A stretch of 64,000 nt of DNA from an uncultured Chloroflexia bacterium (lineage in GTDB: Bacteria; Chloroflexota; Limnocylindria; QHBO01). The notes under the pieces are model-generated. The model saw only the letters and a program-made list of their open reading frames with translations, had not been told where the DNA came from and searched no databases. Each line of letters starts with the position of its first letter. Position 1 is the first letter of the stretch. This document shows, piece by piece, positions 56,866 to 64,000 of the stretch. Both the position numbers and the translations under genes were made by a program. The stretch covers positions 457,217 through 521,216 of the forward strand of contig CAVYGE010000002.1 of the NCBI GenBank assembly GCA_963767985.1, read 5' to 3'.

Positions 56866-57291
56866 GTGGTGGAAGGCGCGGCCTGCGCCGTCGGGCGCCT
56901 TGAACCGGAAGGTCCCTGGGTGGGGTTCGCCCCCACGCTGGACGATGGCTACGCCCTGGTGGTCGGCGGCGATCGTCACCCCGCGGTTCGGTCGGATGCC
57001 GATACGGACGAGCTGCTCGCGCTCGCGATCCTCTACTTCGAGGAGGCGCTCGAGCCGCCTCCCGACGAGCTGGCCGCGACGCTGGGCGATATCGGCTCCC
57101 TCGTCCGCCATGTCGCGGAGCACGAGACCGACCCGGGACGCCGCCGTCTCCTCGTCGAAGCCGTGGATGCCGTTGATGACGGGCTCGCCGCGGACGTGAC
57201 GATCACGCGCATCGGACGGGCGCTGGGAGAAGGGCATGACGCGACCGCGATGATTCGCGGCCGCGTCGGAGAGCTGCTGGCCGAGGACTGA
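56866..57291 (+). CDS. hypothetical acidic protein (141 aa)
   Basis: GC3 is clearly highest in this frame compared with the overlapping antisense ORF 56851..57237. No family recognised. Confidence 0.4.
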   Translation: MVEGAACAVGRLEPEGPWVGFAPTLDDGYALVVGGDRHPAVRSDADTDELLALAILYFEEALEPPPDELAATLGDIGSLVRHVAEHETDPGRRRLLVEAVDAVDDGLAADVTITRIGRALGEGHDATAMIRGRVGELLAED

Positions 57292-57295
57292 TCCG

Positions 57296-57862
57296 CTACC
57301 CGGCCGGCCGATCGTCTTCCGAGCGTGGGGAAGCGGGCTCGCTCGCCGGCGGCTCGGCCACGGGCGTTGCCGGCTCTGCCGCAGCCGGCTCTGCCGCGGG
57401 AGCCGCGCTCGCAGGAGCTTCGGCTGCGGGAGCCGAGGAAGCGGGCGGCCGATCGGAAGCCGATGAGTTCCCGACCTGGAACTTTCCGCCCTCGGCCTGG
57501 AACTCCTGCCAGCCGGCCCACGCCATCACGACGGCGCCGACCACGGCAATCAGGAAGAACAGATCACGGACGCCAAAGTTGATGAACACCAGCCCGATGC
57601 CCACGAGCAGGGCCAGCAGCATCGTCACCCCGGCGATGCCTCCCGCCGCGACCATCAGGCTGCCGCGTGAGCCCGGCAACGTGGTGTTCGGTGACAGCTG
57701 CGGCAGAAGGACGATGACGAGCATCGCGACGGCGGCAAGCACGGCAAGCACGGTGAGTCCGTAGCTGTATCCGACCAGGCCGCCGATGATGACCGCCGCT
57801 GATCCGTAGACGGCCAGTTTTTCGGTCTGGCTCAGTTTCGAGAAGTCCATCCGATCCAACAC
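57296..57862 (-). CDS. hypothetical membrane protein (4 TM, Ala/Pro-rich tail)
   Basis: Hydrophobic helices ..AVYGSAAVIIGGLVGY..VLAVLAAVAMLVIVLL.. High GC3. Confidence 0.55.
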   Translation of the reverse strand: MLDRMDFSKLSQTEKLAVYGSAAVIIGGLVGYSYGLTVLAVLAAVAMLVIVLLPQLSPNTTLPGSRGSLMVAAGGIAGVTMLLALLVGIGLVFINFGVRDLFFLIAVVGAVVMAWAGWQEFQAEGGKFQVGNSSASDRPPASSAPAAEAPASAAPAAEPAAAEPATPVAEPPASEPASPRSEDDRPAG

Positions 57863-57976
57863 CCTCCATGTCGACCAAAAGGGCCCCCCGACCCGCGACG
57901 GACCGTAGCACAGCGGGTCAACTCACTCGGCTCGGCTCGACGCAGCCCGGGTCCGGGATCGAGCGGGATGGTGAAG

Positions 57977-58339
57977 TGGTGGAGATGGGGGAGAATCGAA
58001 CTCCCCGTCCAGAACACAGTCGCCGAGAACTTCCTACAGGTATTTCCGGCCAACTTGCGCTTCGCAATGCGGGCCCCCGACCGGCGGGGTGCTTCGCCTG
58101 CTATCCGGTGATGCCTCTCGGCTCTTTGACGCCACTCACCGGAGTCGGCGACGCCGCACCTCCCCTAATGACATCTTCGCCGCCCGGGGAGGGGGGACGG
58201 CGTCGATGTTCACTGCCTAAGCAGCGAAGGCGTAACTATCGTTGCCAGTTACAGCAATTGCCCGCTGTTTTACGAGGCCTGCGAGCAACCTCGACCTGCG
58301 ATTCTCGGTCCCTGGGCACTGTCGAAACCTGACATCCCC
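57977..58339 (-). ncRNA. ssrA: tmRNA (SsrA), 363 nt, tag (A)GNDSYAFAA
   Basis: The minus strand starts GGGGAUGUCAGGUUUCGAC and ends GGGGAGUUCGAUUCUCCCCCAUCUCCACCA (T-arm plus acceptor, G3-U pair). Tag ORF GGC AAC GAU AGU UAC GCC UUC GCU GCU UAG at 58246-58217. Next to smpB. Confidence 0.93.
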
Positions 58340-58358
58340 ACGAGCCGATTGGACGCGC

Positions 58359-58387
58359 ATTCTATCAGATCCGTGCGCCGATAGGAA
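58359..58387 (-). promoter_or_regulatory. candidate ssrA promoter TTCCTA-17 nt-TAGAAT
   Basis: The -10 TAGAAT (58364-58359) ends 19 nt upstream of the mature tmRNA 5' end. Confidence 0.45.
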
Positions 58388-58395
58388 CAGGCGTT

Positions 58396-58860
58396 CTAAA
58401 GCTTGATGCGCCCCGCCTGCTTCGACTCTCGGTCCAGCTCGCGGCGCATATCTCGCTCCGCGATCGTGCGCCGCTTGTCGTGGGTCTTCTTGCCCCGGGC
58501 GATGCCGAGCTCGAGCTTGGCCCGTCCTCGGCTGATGTAGAGCCGCAGCGGGACGATCGTGAGGCCCTTGGCCGACTGCAGCCCGGTCAGCTCGGCGATC
58601 TGATCGCGATGCAGCAGCAGCTTGCGGGTGCGCGTCGGTGCGTGGTTGTTGCGATTCCCCTGCGAGTACTCGGCGATGTGGGCGCCGATCAGCCAGGCCT
58701 CGCCCTTGTCGACCCTGGCGTAGGCTTCGGCAATGTTCACCTTGTGCTCGCGGATGCTCTTGATCTCGGTCCCGGTCAGCACGAGGCCAGCCTCGAGCGT
58801 GTCCTCGATGGAATAGTCATGGCGGGCGCGTCGGTTGACGGCGATCGTCTCGTCGGGCAT
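58396..58860 (-). CDS. smpB: SsrA-binding protein SmpB
   Basis: ..[25 protein letters not shown]......I.EAYA......AWL.GAHI..Y..GN..NH.P.R.RKLLLH.. Confidence 0.93.
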   Translation of the reverse strand: MPDETIAVNRRARHDYSIEDTLEAGLVLTGTEIKSIREHKVNIAEAYARVDKGEAWLIGAHIAEYSQGNRNNHAPTRTRKLLLHRDQIAELTGLQSAKGLTIVPLRLYISRGRAKLELGIARGKKTHDKRRTIAERDMRRELDRESKQAGRIKL

Positions 58861-58906
58861 CGGTCCTGGGCTCGGCGTGCGGGTTCGATCGGGGCGGACA
58901 TGGAGA

Positions 58907-58930
58907 GAGCCGGCCGCATTCGGCCGGCTC
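58907..58930. terminator. perfect 10-bp GC hairpin GAGCCGGCCG-catt-CGGCCGGCTC
   Basis: Lies between the S41 peptidase gene and smpB. No U tract, so its role as terminator or attenuator is uncertain. Confidence 0.4.
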
Positions 58931-59033
58931 CTCCGTCGCTACACCACGCGAAGCTGTGTTAGGCCACCGCCTCGGTGGTGGCGTGCTTGGAACTATCCAT
59001 CAGCAACACCACCTCCTTTCGTTGCCGGCGATG

Positions 59034-60392
59034 CTAGCAGATGGGTCGCGTGCCCACAACGCCCACGACGAGTGGTCCGGGAAGCGCCGCCGAAGGAGAT
59101 CCGGATGGCTTCGGCGTCGCCCCATCGTCGGCAACGGACTGGTCACCGAGGAAGGCGATGGCGGCGTCGAGGGCCGGGTCCTCCTCAGGCGGCGTCTCCG
59201 CGGTGCGGGCGGCGTCGAGGTCGGGCTGGATCCCGTCGGGCGCCACGCTGTTGTGCTGCGGCGTGAACCATCGGCTGATCGTGATCCGAACTCCGCCCTC
59301 GTTCTCGAGGCGGCTCCAGACCTGGACCGTGTTCTTGCCGAACGATGGCTCGCCGATGAGCGTCGCGCGCCCGCTCTCCTGGAGCGCCGCCGCCACGATC
59401 TCGGACGCCGAGGCAGACCCGCCATTGATGAGCACCACGACCGGGAGGTCGCGATCGGTTGCCACGCCGTCGCCGGTCGCCGGCCACTCGCGGACGTCCT
59501 CGCCGGCAGATTCCTGCGTGAAGATCAGCCCGTCGTCGATGAACTGGCTGGCGATCTGCTGGGCGGCATCGATGTAGCCGCCGGGGTTGTCGCGGAGGTC
59601 GAACACGACCTGGTCGGCGCCCTGGTCGATCAGGTCGGCCAAGGCCGCGCGGAACTGGTCCGCGGCCGGCGCCGAGAACTGGTTGAGGCCGATGTAGCCG
59701 ATGTGCCCGTCGATCATCCGCGCCTCGACCTCCTGGATCGTGATCTCGGCACGCGTGATCGTGATGTCGAACGGCTCGCCGTCGGCGCGCAGCACGGTCA
59801 GCGTGACGTCGGTGCCCGCTTCGCCCCGGATCTGGCCGATCTGGTCCTCCATGGTCGTGCCGTCGACCGACGCCCCGTCCACGGCCACGACGAAGTCGCC
59901 CGTCAGGAGCCCGGCCCGCTCTGCCGGAGAGCCCGCCAGCGGCGCGACGACGACCAGGCGGCAGACGTCGCTCAGCTCGGTGCATGCCGCAAGGTCCGCG
60001 GCATCCCGGGTGTTGCGGATCGCCATCTCGGCGCCGATCCCGCTGAATGCGCCGGAGAGGTCACCCAGCGCCTGCCGATACTGCTCCGGAGGCATGTAGC
60101 CGGAGTACGGATCGGCGACGCCGTACTGGAACATGCCGCGGATCGCGCCCTCGACCAGCGCCTCCGGCTCGAGCTCGTCGACGTAGTCGCTGCGCAGCTG
60201 ATCGTAGGCCTCGCAGAAGGCGGCGAACGCATCGTCGGGTGCGGCGCAGCCTGCCGTGCCCGAGCCGCCGCCGGCGAGGAACCCGCCGGCAAAGATCAGG
60301 GCGCCGACGACCGCCGCCAGTGCGATGGAGATGATCCAGGGAATCGATCCGCCCCGCTTCGCAGCGGGAACGGGGGGCACGTTCTCGTTCAT
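59034..60392 (-). CDS. S41-family C-terminal processing peptidase with PDZ domain
   Basis: N-terminal TM, PDZ (..GSPAERAGLLTGDFVVAVDG..), ..VVLINGGSASASEIVAAAL..ATLIGEPSFGKNTVQ.. (Ser/Lys dyad context). Confidence 0.88.
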   Translation of the reverse strand: MNENVPPVPAAKRGGSIPWIISIALAAVVGALIFAGGFLAGGGSGTAGCAAPDDAFAAFCEAYDQLRSDYVDELEPEALVEGAIRGMFQYGVADPYSGYMPPEQYRQALGDLSGAFSGIGAEMAIRNTRDAADLAACTELSDVCRLVVVAPLAGSPAERAGLLTGDFVVAVDGASVDGTTMEDQIGQIRGEAGTDVTLTVLRADGEPFDITITRAEITIQEVEARMIDGHIGYIGLNQFSAPAADQFRAALADLIDQGADQVVFDLRDNPGGYIDAAQQIASQFIDDGLIFTQESAGEDVREWPATGDGVATDRDLPVVVLINGGSASASEIVAAALQESGRATLIGEPSFGKNTVQVWSRLENEGGVRITISRWFTPQHNSVAPDGIQPDLDAARTAETPPEEDPALDAAIAFLGDQSVADDGATPKPSGSPSAALPGPLVVGVVGTRPIC

Positions 60393-60472
60393 GGGGGCGT
60401 GAAGTCTAGCGGGGCATCCCGTTGGGTGAGATGGCGGCCAGATTACGTTTCCTTATGCACCAACTGGCGCCA

Positions 60473-61366
60473 TCATCGGGCGGCGGCAAGGTAGGAGCGC
60501 ACGCTGATCCAAGAGCCGAGCGCCCCGACGCCGAGTCCAGCGCCCAGCAGGATCATCGACAGGGTCGCGAGGAAGCGCGCGCTCACAGCCGTCGGCATCT
60601 GGAAGATCGTCACCATCGCCGGCTGGATCGGGTCCCACACGATCGCCACGAGGACGATCGTGACCAGCGCGCCGAGCAGCCCGCAGAGCACCCCCTCGAG
60701 GATGAACGGCCAGCGGATGAAGGAGTCCGACGCGCCGACCAGGCGCATGATCTCGATCTCGCCCGCGCGGCTGTAGACCGCGATCCGGATCGTGTTGATG
60801 ATCATGAACAGGACCGTGAGCCCAACGAGGCCGATGCCGACGAGGCCCACGGTCCGGATGACGTTGATGATCCCGAGCAGCGTGTCGTACTCGGCCTGCT
60901 TCGTCAGGACGCGCACGATGTCGTCATGCGCCGCGAGGAATTCGCCCACGTCCCCGGCCGCGTTCGGGTCGACGAGGTTGATCTCCAGGCTGGCGAACAG
61001 CCGGATCGTGGCTCCCCCCGTGTCGAGCTCCTGGCCCGCCTCGCGATACGAGGCGCGCAGGCGCTCCATGGCCTCGGCCGGTGAGACGTACGCCACCGAG
61101 GCCACCCGCGGGAGTGCCTCGACCTCGGACACGAGCTGCATGCGGTCGGCGACCGGCAGGTCGTCGACCAGCTGCGCGGTGACCGCCACCTTGCTCTCGA
61201 TGAATTCCAGCCCGGAGTTCAGCCCGGCGATGACGATGAACAGCCCCGACAGGAGGACGAGCATCAGGATGACGGTGGCCGTGGCGGCCAGGCTCATCAT
61301 CGCGTTGCGCCAGAACCCCTGCCAGGCGCGGACGATGCTGAAGCCGATGAAGCGTGCGAAGGGCAT
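60473..61366 (-). CDS. ftsX: cell division permease-like protein FtsX
   Basis: 4-TM FtsX topology with a large first loop, ..GEIEIMRLVGASDSFIRWPFILEG... Confidence 0.88.
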   Translation of the reverse strand: MPFARFIGFSIVRAWQGFWRNAMMSLAATATVILMLVLLSGLFIVIAGLNSGLEFIESKVAVTAQLVDDLPVADRMQLVSEVEALPRVASVAYVSPAEAMERLRASYREAGQELDTGGATIRLFASLEINLVDPNAAGDVGEFLAAHDDIVRVLTKQAEYDTLLGIINVIRTVGLVGIGLVGLTVLFMIINTIRIAVYSRAGEIEIMRLVGASDSFIRWPFILEGVLCGLLGALVTIVLVAIVWDPIQPAMVTIFQMPTAVSARFLATLSMILLGAGLGVGALGSWISVRSYLAAAR

Positions 61367-61369
61367 CGG

Positions 61370-62107
61370 TCAGTACTCCCGCTCGTAGGCCGCGGCTGCC
61401 TCGTCGCGCACGAGATGCCCGCCCTCGAGAGCCAGCACCCGGCGGCGCATGGCGTTCACGATCTCCTGGTTGTGGGTCGCCATGAGCACCGTGGTGCCGA
61501 GCTGGTTGATCTGGATCAGGAGCTGGATGATCTCCCAGCTGGTGACGGGGTCGAGGTTGCCGGTCGGCTCGTCGGCGATGAGGATGGCCGGGTCGTGGAC
61601 CAGTGCTCGCGCGATCGCGGTGCGCTGCTGCTCTCCTCCGGACAGCTGCGTCGGCAGGTGGTGGGCGTGGTCCTGGAGCCCGACCAGGCTGAGCAGCTGC
61701 GGGACGCGCTGCCGGACCAGCGTCCGCGGCGCGCCGGTCACGTCGAGCGCGAAGGCCACGTTCTCCCATACCGTCTTGTTCGGGAGGAGCCGGAAGTCCT
61801 GGAACACGATCCCGATCCGGCGGCGCAGCCCCGGAACGTGGCGTCGTCGCATGCGGACGAGCTCGCGTCCGGCGACCCGCACGCTTCCGGCGGTCGGAAT
61901 CTGCTCGCGGATGAGGAGCCGGATGAAGGTGCTCTTGCCGGCCCCGGACGGCCCGACCAGGAAGACGAAATCGCCCTTCGGGATCTCGACGTTGACGTCC
62001 GACAGGGCGACCTTGCCGTTCGGGTAGGTCATGCCGACGTCGACCATGCGGATGACCGACGCCTCGGCTGCATCGGCGCGCGCCCGACGGCGCAGAAGGG
62101 ATGTCAT
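61370..62107 (-). CDS. ftsE: cell division ATP-binding protein FtsE (alternative start ~62047)
   Basis: ..GPSGAGKSTFIRLL..LSGGEQQRTAIARAL..LIADEPTGNLDP..ATHN... Confidence 0.9.
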   Translation of the reverse strand: MTSLLRRRARADAAEASVIRMVDVGMTYPNGKVALSDVNVEIPKGDFVFLVGPSGAGKSTFIRLLIREQIPTAGSVRVAGRELVRMRRRHVPGLRRRIGIVFQDFRLLPNKTVWENVAFALDVTGAPRTLVRQRVPQLLSLVGLQDHAHHLPTQLSGGEQQRTAIARALVHDPAILIADEPTGNLDPVTSWEIIQLLIQINQLGTTVLMATHNQEIVNAMRRRVLALEGGHLVRDEAAAAYEREY

Positions 62108-62132
62108 CGGATTGGCGCGATGGTAGCGGAGA

Positions 62133-63261
62133 TCACCCGGCCGGCGTCGATCCCTCGGCCTGGCCGACGCGCGAGCGAAGGTAGCCGTCGATGAACGCGT
62201 CGAGCTCGCCGTCGAGCACCGCGGTCGGATTCGACGTCTCGACCCCGGTTCGCAGGTCCTTCACCATGGTGTACGGCTGGAGAACGTACGAGCGAATCTG
62301 GTTGCCCCAGCCGGCCTCGACGTGCTCGCCGCGCAGCCGCGCCATCTCGGCCTCGCGCTCCTCCTCCTGGCGCTCGATGAGCCGGGCGCGCAGCACGGCC
62401 ATGGCGCGCTCGCGGTTCTGGTGCTGGCTGCGCTCGCTCTGGACGGCGACCACGATCCCGGTCGGCTCGTGCGTCAGGCGCACCGCCGAGTCGGTCTTGT
62501 TGACGTGCTGGCCACCCGCCCCGCTGGCGCGGTAGGTGTCGACGCGGAGGTCCTTCTCGTCGATCTCGATTGCCGCGTCCTCGGGGACCTCCGGCATGAT
62601 CTCGACGAGCGCGAAGGTGGTGTGGCGGCGCTTCTGCGAGTCGAACGGGCTGATCCGAACGAGCCGATGCACGCCCCGCTCGCTGCGCAGCTGGCCATAC
62701 ACCCAGCGCCCGTCGATGCCGAAGCTGACGCTCTTGAGCCCGGCACCCTCGCCCTCGGTGGCCTCCAGGATCTCGGTCTTGAAGCGGTGACGCTCCGCCC
62801 AGCGCAGGTACATGCGCAGGAGCATCTCCGCCCAGTCCTGCGACTCGGTTCCACCGGCGCCGGCGTGGATCGAGACGATGGCCCCGCGCTCGTCGAACGG
62901 CTCGCCGAGGAGGAGCTGCTGCTCGAGGCGCGCCCAGTCGGCCTGGAGCGCGGCGAGGTCCCGCTCGAGGTCCGGTCGCAGCGTCTCGGCCTCGTCGGGA
63001 TCGGCCGCCGCCATCTCCGCGATCTCGGCGAGGCCACTGGCACGCTCACCGAGCGATTGCCACAGGTCGATCTCCGAGCGCAGCTCCTCGGCGCGTCGCA
63101 TGATCGTCTGCGCCGCCGCAGGGTCGTCCCACAGGTCGGGATCGGCGGAGCGCTCGGTCAGCTCGGCGAGCTCGGCCTCTTTGCTGGAATGGTCAAAGGC
63201 GCACCGACGTCTCGGTCACGAGGCGCGCCAGGCGCTGCGCCTCGTCCCTAATTGTGTCCAA
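62133..63261 (-). CDS. prfB: peptide chain release factor 2, with programmed +1 frameshift at CTT TGA C (63198-63192)
   Basis: ORF0 runs TTG 63261..CTT TGA (MDTIRDEAQRLARLVTETSVRL*). The +1 frame continues DHSSKEAELAELTERSADPDLWDDPAAAQ.. into the 62133..63101 ORF, which carries ..RISPFDSQKRRHTTFA.. (SPF) and ..SGAGGQHVNKT.. (GGQ). Confidence 0.92.
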
Positions 63262-63547
63262 TCGTCACCGCCATCGGGAGCTCGGCCATCTCGGCCAGCC
63301 GGTTGCCCTTTGCCCGCACCTTGGCCGGGTTCACGCACGGGCAGTAGCTCTGGCGGGGGCAGACCCCACAGTTGCCGTCGCAGTTCAGCGTGGCGGCGTA
63401 CGTGCAGCGCATGCAGTCGCGCTCACACATGATGAGGTCTTCGTAGGGGAGGTCTGGATCTCGGAAGCGGGTGACCGGTGGAAGGTGAGCCGCCGTGCTG
63501 ACGGGGAGCGGAACAGAGGCTCTCGGTGGTGCGGTCAGTTGCTTCAC
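63248..63547 (-). CDS. small Cys-rich protein (start uncertain: GTG 63547/63559 or ATG 63430)
   Basis: C-terminal 60 aa MCERDCMRCTYAATLNCDGNCGVCPRQSYCPCVNPAKV.. has 9 Cys and very high GC3. GGAGGG lies 5 nt before GTG 63547. The stop overlaps the prfB start by 14 nt. Confidence 0.5.
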   Translation of the reverse strand: MKQLTAPPRASVPLPVSTAAHLPPVTRFRDPDLPYEDLIMCERDCMRCTYAATLNCDGNCGVCPRQSYCPCVNPAKVRAKGNRLAEMAELPMAVTIGHN

Positions 63548-63679
63548 GAATCCCTCCACCTATGGGCGTCGCGAGGGGGCCCGGAGATGACCTCGCGACG
63601 ATCGTTGCGCCCATCGTAGCGACTCGCTGAGATATCGCAACCCCGCACGATCTTCCCATCCATCGGCCATGATGGGGCC

Positions 63680-63817
63680 ATGCCCGACCCATTCCTGTTC
63701 ATCGTGGGGATCATCGCCATCGCGACCGTCCTGCTCTTCCCGGTGCGCCGCTGGCAGCGCCGCCGCAAGCGCTACGGGAGCGACGAATCGGGTGGGGAGG
63801 AGCCCGATGGCGGGTGA
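63680..63817 (+). CDS. possible 45-aa single-TM protein
   Basis: MPDPFLFIVGIIAIATVLLFPVRRWQRRRKRYGSDESGGEEPDGG: TM helix plus basic stretch, high GC3. Too short for the ORF track. Confidence 0.35.
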   Translation: MPDPFLFIVGIIAIATVLLFPVRRWQRRRKRYGSDESGGEEPDGG

Positions 63818-63823
63818 CGCCGC

Positions 63824-64000
63824 CTAGGTCGTCAGCCCCTCCCACGGCGCCTCGGTGCGACGCACGACCACCGCGCGATAGCGGGCCAGCAGCATCGGCC
63901 AGCCGGCATCCCCGGCCATGGCGGCACGGTAGGCCCGACCGTCGCCGCGGTGCCGTTCGAATCCGCGATGCACGAGCGTCAGCCGCGACCCGTGATCCAT
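63824..64000 (-). CDS. SRPBCC/AHSA1-like protein, C-terminal end only (5' part outside window)
   Basis: The minus-strand frame reads ..DHGSRLTLVHRGFERHRGDGRAYRAAMAGDAGWPMLLARYRAVV..*, which resembles the C-terminus of Activator-of-Hsp90-ATPase-like SRPBCC proteins. Confidence 0.4.
   Translation of the reverse strand: MDHGSRLTLVHRGFERHRGDGRAYRAAMAGDAGWPMLLARYRAVVVRRTEAPWEGLTT

Noticed and set aside
56851-57237. Minus-strand 128-aa ORF antisense to ORF 56866..57291.
   Set aside because: Its third codon positions coincide with first positions of the plus-strand ORF, and the plus-strand frame has the clearly higher GC3. Neither has a recognisable family, so even the plus-strand call is only moderate.
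1-64000. Search for transposases, integrases, phage genes, toxin-antitoxin pairs, CRISPR arrays, tRNA/rRNA genes and compositional islands.
   Set aside because: None recognised. The only markedly AT-rich spots are the ArsR promoter (27.69-27.72 kb), the oriC AT tract, the tmRNA tag region and promoter/terminator elements.

Overview
High-GC bacterial chromosome segment around the replication origin. I saw no mobile elements, CRISPR arrays, rRNA or tRNA genes.

Gene content, left to right:
- 2.0-17.2 kb: a complex I (nuo) locus ordered nuoA-B-C-D-H-I(N-half)::E-like, F-like, G-like::GltD-like::I(C-half), then an antisense lipoprotein gene, then nuoJ-K-L-M-N. nuoI appears split around an inserted NuoE/F module with degenerate cofactor ligands and a NuoG-like protein carrying a glutamate-synthase-small-subunit type FAD/NAD(P)H module. 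This is the most unusual feature of the window.
- otsA, a DUF4331 / RcnA-like / TPR cluster, otsB, a sortase-like gene with Ser in place of the catalytic Cys, an MFS pump, and a catalytically degenerate ABC pair.
- An ArsR-headed phosphatidylinositol/PIM-type lipid cluster: CDP-alcohol phosphatidyltransferase, ino1, two acyltransferases, PHP, GT4.
- Three tandem MshD-like double-GNAT genes behind an ABC-2 exporter. That operon has a near-consensus promoter, a ~300-nt leader and a clean intrinsic terminator.
- A GT-C/PMT + DUF2723 + GT2 glycosylation locus.
- DUF721-recF-dnaN-[DnaA boxes]-dnaA, divergent from rpmH-rnpA-yidD-yidC-jag.
- ssrA(tmRNA)-smpB-S41 peptidase-ftsX-ftsE-prfB, with the classical +1 frameshift in prfB.

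Caveats: at least 14 apparent single-base frame changes interrupt otherwise well conserved genes, several in short homopolymers. The sequence probably carries indel errors, so gene limits at those sites are approximate. All family calls come from motif recognition by eye on the supplied translations; no searches were run.
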